Shown in pieces: positions 18,255 through 26,980 of a stretch of 64,000 nt of DNA. This DNA comes from Elusimicrobiota bacterium (GTDB taxonomy: Bacteria > Elusimicrobiota > Elusimicrobia > UBA1565 > UBA9628): assembly GCA_035533295.1 (NCBI GenBank), contig DATLUA010000040.1, positions 559 through 64,558 of the forward strand, given 5' to 3'. Position 1 is the first letter of the stretch, and each line of letters starts with the position of its first letter. Position numbers and translations under genes: made by a program. Below the pieces are notes generated by a model. The model made no database searches, was not told the origin of the DNA, and was given only the letters and a program-made list of their open reading frames with translations.

Positions 18255-19703
18255 TCAAGGCCCGCCGCCGTACATCTGCTGGATGCGCTCCAGGCCCACC
18301 TCGGCGTCCGAATTGTTCGGATCAAGCTCCTTGGCGACGGAGAATTCTTGGCGCGCCTTGTCGTAATTGCCCTCGTTGTAATAAATCATGCCGGAAATGT
18401 AATGCTGCTCCGCGGCGTGCTTGGACTCCGCGGAGACCCCTCCGGGCGCCTGCGGCGCGGCCGCGGCGGCGGGCGAAGCGGAGGCGGCCTGCTGCTGGGC
18501 TTGCTGCTGGGCCTGCTGCTGCTTCTGCTTTTCGGCCGCCGCTTCCTCGGCTTTTTTCTGCGCCGCCTCCTTGGCGCGTTCGACCCTCGCCGCGGCGGCC
18601 TTTTTGGCCTCGACCTTGGCGAGCGCCGCCTGACGGATTCCCTCGCGCGCCCGCTCGATAAGCTGGGAGGCTATCGCCGGATCATAGCCGTAGCTCTCCG
18701 CCTTTTTCCACTCCGCGATGGCATCGTCGTAGCGGCCCGCATCGTAAAGCTGGCGTCCCAAAGACGCGTGCTGCTGGGCCATCTCGGAACGCAGCTCCAT
18801 CATGAGCTTTCGCGCCTTCTCGTCTCCGGGCCCGTACTGCAGCACCTCATCGATCTTTTGCAAAGCTTGCTCCGTCTCGCCCTGGCCGTAGAGTTGAAGG
18901 GCTTCCTCGAGCTTCCCGTTGGCTTCCTGCTCGCGCAGCTGGGACTCGGCCTGGGCGATATCGGCCACCAGTCCGGGGTAGTCGGATTTCAAGACCAAGG
19001 CGGCGTACCATTGGTTCAAGGCGGCCTGCAGCTGCCGCTGCCGGTAGGCTTGCTCCCCGCGAAGGAAATGCTGCCGCGCCAAATCCCCGCGCACGCGGTC
19101 AAGCCAGTAGCGGGCCTTGAAATTCCAAGGGGAAAGCTTGGTCGCCTCGGTCCACGTTTCCTCCGCCTCCGTCAGCCTTCCCTGGCGGTAGAGGGTCATG
19201 CCCTCCTGGAACTTGTCCTGCACGAGCTGCTGCTGGGAAAAAAGCGGGTGGGCGCTTCCCTTGAGCTCGGTCGCCGCTTTCTGCAGCATGAACGCGTCGC
19301 TGTAGTAAGGATCGATGGAAAGAATCTCGCCGGTCAGCGACTGCGCTCCGCCGTAATCCCCCTTCCTGTACAGCCCGTAGGCGTTTTGGTAGACAATCTG
19401 GAGGGCGCTTTGGGTGATGCGGTCTTCTTCCAGCTTGATGGTCTGCAAATAGGCCTTCTTCTCATCATCGGAGCTGATCGTCCCCAGCTGGGTCTTGGAC
19501 AAATCCAGGAACAGGCTGCCCAAGTTATGGGAACTCTCGCCCGCGCCCTGGGCCCGCAGAGGAAAAGAAACGGAATGAACGAAGAGGACAGAAAGCAACG
19601 GAATGAACAAAAAGCGGCGGAATGAACGAAGAGGAACGCAATGATGGGAAAGAAAGACGGCTCTGCCCTCTTCTTCCGTTTCCACCCGTTTTTTCCGTTC
19701 CAT
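18255..19703 (-). CDS. TPR-repeat protein with Gln/Ala low-complexity tract, TadD-like position; 5' end reads through repeat element
   Basis: Multiple TPR-like 34-mers (YYNEGNYDKARQEF, LGRQLYDAGRYDDAIAEW etc.). The tract AAEKQKQQQAQQQAQQQAASAS is low-complexity. It sits immediately downstream of tadC, where Tad loci encode the TPR lipoprotein TadD. Confidence 0.5.
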   Translation of the reverse strand: MERKKRVETEEEGRAVFLSHHCVPLRSFRRFLFIPLLSVLFVHSVSFPLRAQGAGESSHNLGSLFLDLSKTQLGTISSDDEKKAYLQTIKLEEDRITQSALQIVYQNAYGLYRKGDYGGAQSLTGEILSIDPYYSDAFMLQKAATELKGSAHPLFSQQQLVQDKFQEGMTLYRQGRLTEAEETWTEATKLSPWNFKARYWLDRVRGDLARQHFLRGEQAYRQRQLQAALNQWYAALVLKSDYPGLVADIAQAESQLREQEANGKLEEALQLYGQGETEQALQKIDEVLQYGPGDEKARKLMMELRSEMAQQHASLGRQLYDAGRYDDAIAEWKKAESYGYDPAIASQLIERAREGIRQAALAKVEAKKAAAARVERAKEAAQKKAEEAAAEKQKQQQAQQQAQQQAASASPAAAAAPQAPGGVSAESKHAAEQHYISGMIYYNEGNYDKARQEFSVAKELDPNNSDAEVGLERIQQMYGGGP

Positions 19704-19718
19704 TCGCTTTTTCCCGTT
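19560..19718. repeat. GGAACGG/CCGTTCC inverted-repeat element copy 3 (GGAATGAACGAAGAGGA variant)
   Basis: Purine arm with AACGGAATGAAC x3 at 19571-19640. Pyrimidine arm CTCTTCTTCCGTTTCCACCCGTTTTTTCCGTTCCATTCGCTTTTTCCCGTTC at 19669-19720. The TTCCGTTCCAT(C/T)CG core is shared with copies 2 and 4. Confidence 0.65.
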
Positions 19719-20617
19719 CAGAAGCCCAGGCCTCCGCTGATGAGGGACTTAATCATGGGCGAGAGCATCATAATGAAGACCGTCGGAAAAATAAAGATGA
19801 TGAGCGGAATGAGCATCTTCGTCGAGGCCTGCGCGGCCAGCTTCTCGGCGCGGGAGAGGCGCCTAAAGCGCATGTCAGAGGCATAGTTGCGCAGCAAATC
19901 AACCAGGCTCGTTCCCAGCTCGTCCGACTGGATGATGAGGCTCACGAAGGACCGGATTTCCTGGACTCCCGTCCGGCGCGCGAAGCGCGTCAGGGCGTCG
20001 CGCCGCGAGTAGCCCAGCGATACCTCGTCGAGCATGGTGCCTATCTCCATCTCGAGCGGCCCCCTCTTGGCCGAACTCTTGATGATGCGGTCGAACGCCG
20101 TCAGGTAATCAAGGCCCGCCTCGAGCGTCAGGGCGGCCAGGTCCACCAGCGGCGGAAAATCGCCCAAAATTTGGGTTTGCCGCTCCCGGACTTTCCGGTT
20201 GATGAACACGTCCGGAAAAATAAAGCCCAGGGCCACGAGCGCCGCGGAAATCACGACCGAACTGGTCCCAAACCACGCCGCGGCCCCGAACGCGAGCGCG
20301 CAAAGCTCCTTCAAATGGAGAATGTTGAGCGCGGAAGGCTTTTGCGGCCGGCCCAAGAGCAGGTGCATCTCCTCCAGCTTGGTCTCCAAGCTGGGAATTT
20401 TGAGGAGAAGGAAATCCAGCCGATCGACGATGGAGCCCTTGGGGTTGATGCGGCCGAAAACGGTCGAAACGTTGATGTCCTTTTTGGTCAACTGGGTCAA
20501 ATCCGTCGCGGCGGCGTCCGGCTCGGGGCTCAGCCAATTGCGCAGGGCCATGAAAAATCCCCAGGCGCTGACGGCCGCCAAAAGTGTCAAGAAATAGTGG
20601 AACCAGGAGCCGCTCAT
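19718..20617 (-). CDS. tadC: Tad pilus platform protein TadC (GspF/T2SSF family)
   Basis: Start at ATG 20617 (MSGSWFHYF). It overlaps the tadB stop in an ATGA arrangement. T2SSF-like LVDLAALTLEAGLDYLTAF...LGTSLVDLLRNYASDMRFRRLSRAEKLAAQASTKML. The long ORF-track version (to 21073) overlaps tadB in another frame. Confidence 0.7.
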   Translation of the reverse strand: MSGSWFHYFLTLLAAVSAWGFFMALRNWLSPEPDAAATDLTQLTKKDINVSTVFGRINPKGSIVDRLDFLLLKIPSLETKLEEMHLLLGRPQKPSALNILHLKELCALAFGAAAWFGTSSVVISAALVALGFIFPDVFINRKVRERQTQILGDFPPLVDLAALTLEAGLDYLTAFDRIIKSSAKRGPLEMEIGTMLDEVSLGYSRRDALTRFARRTGVQEIRSFVSLIIQSDELGTSLVDLLRNYASDMRFRRLSRAEKLAAQASTKMLIPLIIFIFPTVFIMMLSPMIKSLISGGLGF

Positions 20618-22224
20618 ATCTTGATGTCTCCCAGGCTGTTGATGATCTTCATCCCGATGCCGATCCAGACGGTGCAGAAAAGCAGGACGCCCACGCCCAG
20701 CGGCCTGAAGTAGAAGCTCTCCATGGGTCCGGGCTGGAACAGGAACATGATGATGAGCATGACCCAGGGCATGACGCCTACGATGATGCCCTGGATGCGC
20801 TGCTGGGCCGTCATGGCCGCGGTTTTTTCGACGAGCTTGGACTCCTCGCGGATAATCTCCACGATGCGGTCGAAAATCTTGGTCAGGTTTCCGCCCACCG
20901 AGCGCTGGATGACCACGGATTTGATGAGGTAGGACAAAAGGTAGCTCGGCACGCGCTCCTGGATGCCTTCCAGAGCTTTTTCCAGCGGCGTGCCCAACTG
21001 ATAATTCTTGAGGCATAAGCCGAATTCCTCGGAGATGGGCGGCTGCATGTCCTTCTGGACCAGCTCCAGGCACTGCACCAAATCGATGCCGGACTTAAGG
21101 CCGTTGGACATCAAGATAATGGTGTCCATGAGCTGCTTCTCGCATTTGCTCGCCCGGCGAAAGCGCAGGTTGCGCAGAAGCCAGCCGGGCAGCGAAAGCC
21201 CGGCGTAAATCCCGAAGCCGGTGAAAATCATGAAGCCCCAGACATTGAAGGTCAGAAGCCCGATGAGGGCGCCAAACGCGATGGGCCCGCCCACCAAGTA
21301 GTTGACCTTGATGATCAGGAACTGCCTTTCGTATTCCCGCGTCCAATCCTTTGCCTTGGCCTTGTATTTCGCGATCCACTCGTCCAAGGCCTTCTCATTC
21401 ATCGCTCCGGCCAGATATCCGGCCGCGAACATCATCAGAATGCCCAGGACCGAAAGCAAATAGGGGAGCGCGTTGTTCGCGGGAGCCGGCTTTCCTTCCA
21501 GCGCCAGGGCGGAAAATCCGCGCGGCGGCTCGTGCAGTATCTTGTAGGCGTCGTTGCTCAAGGCGCCGATGGCCATGACGCTCTGCCGGTAGCGCAGGAG
21601 TTGCGGCGGCAGGGCGGCCACGGCGGCGGTCTTGCCTTCCGCGGCCATCTTCGACAAGTCCACGGCCACGGGCGGATTCGGCGCCGAGGCCAGGGAGTCG
21701 AGCATGGCCCCCATTTCGGAATCGATGAGCCGCAGATCGGCCAGCAGCGGGCGGCCGCGGCCCTCCAAGGAATCATCGAGGTGGGCGCGGTAGAGCCGGT
21801 CGATGGCCATCTCCATGCGGATATGCTCGTCCGAATAGTCGCCGAGGAGCGCGGTCGGAGAGAGCATTTCCCCGCCGTCGGAAGGCGGCAGGGCCTTTCG
21901 CGTCGTCTCGTAAAAAGTGTAGAGCACGGCCACCGGCGCCTGCCACAAGTCCGCCTCGTTGAGGATGCCCTGCTCGGGATCGTTCCAGACCGGATGGTTG
22001 AGCATGGCGGAGAGAATCCGGTCTATCCACGCGGGCGTCTGCAGGGCTGGATCGCGGTTGGCGCTGAAGTAGTGGTAGAACTCCTGCATGTGCAGCTCGG
22101 CGCCGTTTTGCTGGCCGACCAGGTACTTGATGTCCGCGCGGCTAAAAATCTCCTGGGCCCCGCACAGCGCGGGAGCGAGCAGGAAGAAGAAGCCGGCGGC
22201 CAGAGCCGTGGCGCGCGCTCTCAC
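20614..22224 (-). CDS. tadB: Tad pilus platform protein TadB (T2SSF family) with ~250-aa N-terminal signal-peptide/periplasmic extension
   Basis: The C-terminal 280 aa carry T2SSF motifs (GGNLTKIFDRIVEIIREESKLVEKTAAMTAQQRIQGIIVGVMP). The N terminus has a signal peptide (AAGFFFLLAPALCGAQE) and a ~220-aa domain before the first TM. Confidence 0.7.
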   Translation of the reverse strand: MRARATALAAGFFFLLAPALCGAQEIFSRADIKYLVGQQNGAELHMQEFYHYFSANRDPALQTPAWIDRILSAMLNHPVWNDPEQGILNEADLWQAPVAVLYTFYETTRKALPPSDGGEMLSPTALLGDYSDEHIRMEMAIDRLYRAHLDDSLEGRGRPLLADLRLIDSEMGAMLDSLASAPNPPVAVDLSKMAAEGKTAAVAALPPQLLRYRQSVMAIGALSNDAYKILHEPPRGFSALALEGKPAPANNALPYLLSVLGILMMFAAGYLAGAMNEKALDEWIAKYKAKAKDWTREYERQFLIIKVNYLVGGPIAFGALIGLLTFNVWGFMIFTGFGIYAGLSLPGWLLRNLRFRRASKCEKQLMDTIILMSNGLKSGIDLVQCLELVQKDMQPPISEEFGLCLKNYQLGTPLEKALEGIQERVPSYLLSYLIKSVVIQRSVGGNLTKIFDRIVEIIREESKLVEKTAAMTAQQRIQGIIVGVMPWVMLIIMFLFQPGPMESFYFRPLGVGVLLFCTVWIGIGMKIINSLGDIKI

Positions 22225-24503
22225 GTCAGCAAGCCTCCCCCCTTGGGCCCGCCGACGCCCGCCGCCGGCGGCGCCTTGCCGGAAACTCCGGGCTTGGTCT
22301 CCCGGTAGACCGAGAGCGGAACCTCCAGCCCCTTAAGCTTGAACTCCTCCTGGAAAGTCGGGATGTAGCCGCAGCCCGAAAAATAGCCGATGCTCTGGCC
22401 CTGCTCGTTGACCGTGGTCTGGTGGAAGCGGAAAATGTCCCGCATGTTGATCTGCATTCCCTCGCGACCCGTGACCTCGGTGATGTAGGTGACCCGCCGT
22501 TTGCCGTCCGAAAAGCGCGTGAGCTGGATGAAGATGTTGACGGCGCTGGAAATCATCTCCACCAAGACGGACATGGGCAGCTCGGAGCCCGCCATCAAGC
22601 ACATGGCCGAGAGGCGGGAGATGGCGTCCGAGGGCGAATTGGCGTGAAGCGTGGTGAGACTGCCTTCGTGGCCCGTGTTCATGGCCTGAAGCATGTCCAG
22701 CGCCTCGCCGCCGCGGCACTCGCCGACCACGATGCGGTCCGGGCGCATGCGCAGGCAGTTCTTGACCAAATCGCGGATGCTCACCTCACCCTTGCCCTCG
22801 ATGTTGGCCGGGCGGCCCTCAAGTCGCACCCAGTGCTTTTTAGCCAGCCGCAGCTCGGCGGTGTCCTCGACCGTGATGATGCGCTCGCCGTCCGGGATGT
22901 AGTTGGAGAGCATATTAAGGAAGGTGGTTTTTCCGGTGCCGGTGCCGCCGGAAATAATGACGTTTTTACGCAATAAAACGCATTTTTCCAGGAAATCAAT
23001 CATTTCCTGGGTGCATGAGCCGAAGGTAACGAGCTGGTTGGGCGTGTAGGGCTTGGCGGAAAAGCGCCGGATGGTCAAGGTCGGGCCCGAGACCGCCAAG
23101 GGCGCGATGATGGCGTTGACGCGGGAGCCGTCCTTCAAGCGCGCGTCGACCAACGGGACCGATTCGTCGATGCGCCGGCCAACGGGCGCCACGATGCGCT
23201 TGATGACCTGGATGACCTGCTCGTCGTTCCTAAAGCGCATGGGCAGAAGCACCAGCTGCCCTTGGCGCTCGATATAAATCTTGTCGGCCGCGATGACCAT
23301 GATTTCATTCACGCTGGGGTCGCGCAGCAGGGACTGCAGGGGGCCTAGGCCCAGGATTTCATCCACCAACTCGCCGATGAACTGCTCCCGCTGCGCGCGA
23401 GACAGCGCCAGATTGCGCTCCTTTTGCATGAGCGCCTCGATGATCCCCGCGACCTTGGTCCGGTTCTCCTCGTTCTGGGTCTGATCGTCGGAAATGCGCA
23501 CGTGCTCCGTTTCCATCGCCGCGACCACGCTTTTATGCATCTTGCCCTTAAGCTCATCCCAAAAAGCGGGGACGGCGCCGGAGACGGGAAGGCTAGCGGA
23601 AGGCTTGGCGGGCGCCGCCGATTCTCCGGCCGCCGGCGCCGCCGCGGACTTCCAGAGAAAATCCGCGGCTTGGCCGAACTCCTGGCCGGAAACCGCGGAG
23701 TCCCAGCTTTTGAGCCCGGGTTGGACCTGCAAGGTGCGGCCCAGGACCAGGCGCAGCTGCTTGACCCATTCACTCTGCAGCGATTCCACGACCAGGATTT
23801 TCTGGGTGTTCGCGCACTCCGGCAGGAGATCGTCCCAAGGCATGTACGCCAGCACGCGCTTGTTCATCGTGCTGAAAAACCGATCGACCTCCTTGGGCGA
23901 GAGCGCGCCCGGCAGATTGGCCTGATTGATGATGATCTCGAAGCGCTCCAAGGGGAAATGCAGGTTCTTGAACTCCCCGAACAGGGAATACGTCGCCTCG
24001 AAATGGGAGCGCTGCGGCAGGCAGGTCCAGAACACGAGGTCGGCCACGTCGAAGGCGAAAACCTGCATGGGGAGATACGGATCGACGTCCATGAACAAGT
24101 CGTACTCCTCGGACAAGGCGCCCAGGATATGCGCCGCGGCCTGTGGGGACAGCGCCATGATTTCCTGGCGCTTTTTCGCCAGCGGGAGCAGGCCCACTCC
24201 CCATTTGGTCATGGGAATGCGGCCGCGCAAGAGCCGGCCCACGCCGCCAGTGGAATTTTCCCCGATGATCGGCACGAGGCTCGCCAAGGACGGCGGCTCA
24301 AGAGCCATCTGGAAGCTCAGGTCGTCCCGGCAAAGAGGATCCATGTGCACGATGAGGACTTTCCGGTTCTGGCTGCCGGCCCAGGCCAAAGCGAGATTAA
24401 GGGCTAAAGTGCTCTTGCCCACGCCTTCGCGGGGTCCCGAGAACACTACGACGCGGCCCGGTCCCGCCTTGGGAGCCGCCGCGGTGCCGCCGAGTTCTGC
24501 CAT
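22221..24503 (-). CDS. cpaF: Fused TadZ/CpaE-like (ParA/MinD-type) domain + TadA/CpaF secretion ATPase
   Basis: N-terminal VVVFSGPREGVGKSTLALNLA is a deviant Walker A of CpaE/MinD type. The C terminus carries the VirB11/CpaF signature: Walker A GGTGTGKTTFLN, ITVEDTAELRL, VVGECRGGEALDMLQAMNTGHEGSLTTLHAN. One 760-aa ORF. Confidence 0.8.
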   Translation of the reverse strand: MAELGGTAAAPKAGPGRVVVFSGPREGVGKSTLALNLALAWAGSQNRKVLIVHMDPLCRDDLSFQMALEPPSLASLVPIIGENSTGGVGRLLRGRIPMTKWGVGLLPLAKKRQEIMALSPQAAAHILGALSEEYDLFMDVDPYLPMQVFAFDVADLVFWTCLPQRSHFEATYSLFGEFKNLHFPLERFEIIINQANLPGALSPKEVDRFFSTMNKRVLAYMPWDDLLPECANTQKILVVESLQSEWVKQLRLVLGRTLQVQPGLKSWDSAVSGQEFGQAADFLWKSAAAPAAGESAAPAKPSASLPVSGAVPAFWDELKGKMHKSVVAAMETEHVRISDDQTQNEENRTKVAGIIEALMQKERNLALSRAQREQFIGELVDEILGLGPLQSLLRDPSVNEIMVIAADKIYIERQGQLVLLPMRFRNDEQVIQVIKRIVAPVGRRIDESVPLVDARLKDGSRVNAIIAPLAVSGPTLTIRRFSAKPYTPNQLVTFGSCTQEMIDFLEKCVLLRKNVIISGGTGTGKTTFLNMLSNYIPDGERIITVEDTAELRLAKKHWVRLEGRPANIEGKGEVSIRDLVKNCLRMRPDRIVVGECRGGEALDMLQAMNTGHEGSLTTLHANSPSDAISRLSAMCLMAGSELPMSVLVEMISSAVNIFIQLTRFSDGKRRVTYITEVTGREGMQINMRDIFRFHQTTVNEQGQSIGYFSGCGYIPTFQEEFKLKGLEVPLSVYRETKPGVSGKAPPAAGVGGPKGGGLLT

Positions 24504-24510
24504 AAAATCC

Positions 24511-25272
24511 CTACTTCACGATTTTCATGGTGATGAAAAGATAAAGGGAGTCCTCCGAATCGATGACGCTTTTATGGGTGAAAAGCCAGCCCAAAATCGG
24601 GATGCGCCCCAGGAAAGGAACGCGGGACGTTGAAACGTTCTTGGAGCTCGACTTCAAGCCGCCGATGACGATGGTGTCCCCGCTCTTGACCTCGACCGTG
24701 GACTTGATTTCCCGGTCGGTCACCGAGGGCACGGAGGTGTTGCCCACTTGGACCGTGTGGGAAAAGTCCGGCGCCTGATTGGTGACGTAGATAGCCGCCA
24801 CGATGTCGCCCTTTTTATTCGGATCCAAAATCGGCTTGACGTCGAGCATGGTCACGACTTCCTTCAAATCCACGCCGACGCTTCCCGTCGCTCCGACCAC
24901 CGGATAAGGAATTTTGCTGCCCACCTTGAAATCGGCCTGGCTTCCGGCCTGCACCACGACGCTCGGATTGGACAGCGTCTGCGCCTTGCCCTCGGTCGTC
25001 AGCATCGACAACGACGCCTGCAGCGCGGTCTGCCGGGCGAAATCGCCGATGGCGAAGATGCCGGTCGGAATCGCTTTTTCCGCGAAATTAATCCCGCTTC
25101 CAAACGGCGGCCAGGTCACGCCCATTTCGTTGTCCACCGATCCGGAAATTTCCACGAGATCCGCCGATATCTCGATAAGCGGCGTGGTATCCGGCTGGGC
25201 CTGCGCCCAAAGCCGGGCCGGGCGCCATAAAGCCAGCGCCAGCGCCGTCGCCGCGATCAGTTGTCGTCTCAT
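24511..25272 (-). CDS. cpaC: Minimal secretin (CpaC/RcpA-like)
   Basis: The C-terminal secretin signature GDTIVIGGLKSSSKNVSTSRVPFLGRIPILGWLFTHKSVIDSEDSLYLFITMKIV is present. A signal peptide is present. Only 253 aa, against ~450-500 for typical CpaC. Confidence 0.75.
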   Translation of the reverse strand: MRRQLIAATALALALWRPARLWAQAQPDTTPLIEISADLVEISGSVDNEMGVTWPPFGSGINFAEKAIPTGIFAIGDFARQTALQASLSMLTTEGKAQTLSNPSVVVQAGSQADFKVGSKIPYPVVGATGSVGVDLKEVVTMLDVKPILDPNKKGDIVAAIYVTNQAPDFSHTVQVGNTSVPSVTDREIKSTVEVKSGDTIVIGGLKSSSKNVSTSRVPFLGRIPILGWLFTHKSVIDSEDSLYLFITMKIVK

Positions 25273-25315
25273 GATGTCGCCCTGTTGCCGAAAAGTTCTA
25301 ACGTCTTACGCTAAA

Positions 25316-26074
25316 TCAATGCGAAAAAAGCTGCCGGAAGCTCGCCATTTGCATCGGGTGAAGCTCCACGTCTCCTTGGCCGCGCAAAATGACGGTCGTG
25401 TTTCCTTCCTTGCGGGAAAGCGCCAAATACTGGGCCTCGTCGGGATTAAGCGCCAAGCCGATGACGGCCTTTTGCGCCAGGACGCTGCCTTGCGCCTCGC
25501 TTCCGGACATCTTCTTGAACTGCGCCGCGTTCATGCCCTGGCCCATGTTGTCGCCCACGGAAAGGACCAGGATATCCTGCAAAATCGTCGCGGTCACCTG
25601 CTGCTCGCTGCCGTCCGCCATCTTCGCGTTGAAAGTCACCAGCACGTCCACGCGGTCGCCGGGCTTGATGAGCGGCTCCAATTCCGGATCGATGGGCAAA
25701 ATGGCGCCGCGGTACCCCGGCGGGATCTTCACGGAAAGCCCCGCGTCCGGGGACATGACGCTCAGCTCCGACTGGGTGATTTGATCGCCCATGGGAATGC
25801 GCACGCGGGTGACTAGGTTGTCGATCATCTTGAGGTCCGCCGGGCTCTTGACCTCGAACGCGTCTTGGGCCATGTACTTGCGGGGAATCTCTATGGTGTC
25901 GACCATGCTTTCCTGCAGGACGGTCCGCTGCGGGATGTCGTAGCGCGCGACGATGACCTCGGCCATGGAGTACGCGTTGCTCAGCGCCCGCTCCTTGCTG
26001 GTCAGCACGATGAAGTAGATGAGCCCCGCGGCCATGGCGATGATGAACGGCAGCAAGACGTTTTTCTTATCCAT
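25316..26074 (-). CDS. cpaB: Flp pilus assembly protein CpaB/RcpC-like
   Basis: An N-terminal TM anchor is followed by a SAF/beta-clip-like domain. The gene sits in the cpaB position between tadE and the secretin. Confidence 0.55.
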   Translation of the reverse strand: MDKKNVLLPFIIAMAAGLIYFIVLTSKERALSNAYSMAEVIVARYDIPQRTVLQESMVDTIEIPRKYMAQDAFEVKSPADLKMIDNLVTRVRIPMGDQITQSELSVMSPDAGLSVKIPPGYRGAILPIDPELEPLIKPGDRVDVLVTFNAKMADGSEQQVTATILQDILVLSVGDNMGQGMNAAQFKKMSGSEAQGSVLAQKAVIGLALNPDEAQYLALSRKEGNTTVILRGQGDVELHPMQMASFRQLFSH

Positions 26075-26077
26075 AGT

Positions 26078-26545
26078 TTATTGCGGCAAAGGCTGCTCGA
26101 TGGGCATACGCACGGTCGTGCTGATGGTCCGGTGGCCGCTCCCAATGGGCGTGGCCAGCAGAATGCTGCTGATCGGAAAAACCAGCGGAACCTCATAGGT
26201 TCCCGTCACCAGAAGATCGTAATTCTGGACCTGCGCCTGGTTGTCCTCGAGGGTCGCGAGGTCCTGCGACGCCACCGTCGCGCCCTTGATCATCCGGGAC
26301 ATGAAGGTCTGCAGCGTCGGCGTCACGTCCTGCGGCTGCCCCCCGTTGGGGCCTTCCGCGATCATGGCTCCGATGCGCGCGCACTCGTACGTCGCATGGT
26401 TAAGCATGATGACCCAGAACGCCAGATAGCCCATTTCCATGATGGTAAAGACGATGGTCAGGAAGACCGGGAGAATGAGGAGCACCTCCACCATCGCTTG
26501 CCCCCCATTGTCCCGACCCGACCCGCGCCTGCGTCTGTGCGTCAC
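26078..26545 (-). CDS. tadE: TadE-like pseudopilin
   Basis: GTG start. NGG|QAMVEVLLILPVFLTIVFTIMEMGYLAF...ATYECARIGA is a classic TadE/TadF N terminus with the +5 Glu. Confidence 0.7.
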   Translation of the reverse strand: MTHRRRRGSGRDNGGQAMVEVLLILPVFLTIVFTIMEMGYLAFWVIMLNHATYECARIGAMIAEGPNGGQPQDVTPTLQTFMSRMIKGATVASQDLATLEDNQAQVQNYDLLVTGTYEVPLVFPISSILLATPIGSGHRTISTTVRMPIEQPLPQ

Positions 26546-26563
26546 GGACCAAGCGCCGGCGCG

Positions 26564-26782
26564 TCATCCGCCGTTGGGATTGGCCAGATTGCCCGCCGCG
26601 CCGCTGATGGACTGGGATATCTGATTGAAGAGATTGGGCAGATACTTCTTGATCGCCACGCCGACGATCAAGGCTCCCGCGACGATGACGGACAGCAAAA
26701 GCAGATATTCGACCGTATTCTGCCCTTTTTCCCCGCGCGCCCGAGACAGCGCCCGCGTCAGCCTCAGCTTCATTTCGATCAT
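26564..26782 (-). CDS. flp: Flp-family type IVb pilin 1
   Basis: EKG|QNTVEYLLLLSVIVAGALIVGV carries the Flp motif G/xxxxEY. 72 aa. A strong AGGAGGAGG Shine-Dalgarno sequence lies upstream. Confidence 0.8.
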   Translation of the reverse strand: MIEMKLRLTRALSRARGEKGQNTVEYLLLLSVIVAGALIVGVAIKKYLPNLFNQISQSISGAAGNLANPNGG

Positions 26783-26815
26783 GCCTCCTCCTAATTTGAT
26801 GTTTTTTAACGCCGT

Positions 26816-26980
26816 TCAATAATAGGACGTCAAAATCTTGACTCCAGCGGCCTTGAAGAGCGTCCCCAACTGGCCCTGTAGGAAGCGGAACATGCCCGCG
26901 AAAAACAGAACCAGGGCCATGCTGATCAACAAATATTCCACTGTTGACTGTCCGCGCTCTTTTTTCCCGCGAATCTCCAT
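26816..26980 (-). CDS. flp: Flp-family type IVb pilin 2 (not in the ORF track; 54 aa)
   Basis: Reverse-complement translation gives MEIRGKKERG|QSTVEYLLISMALVLFFAGMFRFLQGQLGTLFKAAGVKILTSYY*. A GAGGG Shine-Dalgarno sequence lies 8 nt upstream, and the gene has its own promoter. Confidence 0.7.
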   Translation of the reverse strand: MEIRGKKERGQSTVEYLLISMALVLFFAGMFRFLQGQLGTLFKAAGVKILTSYY

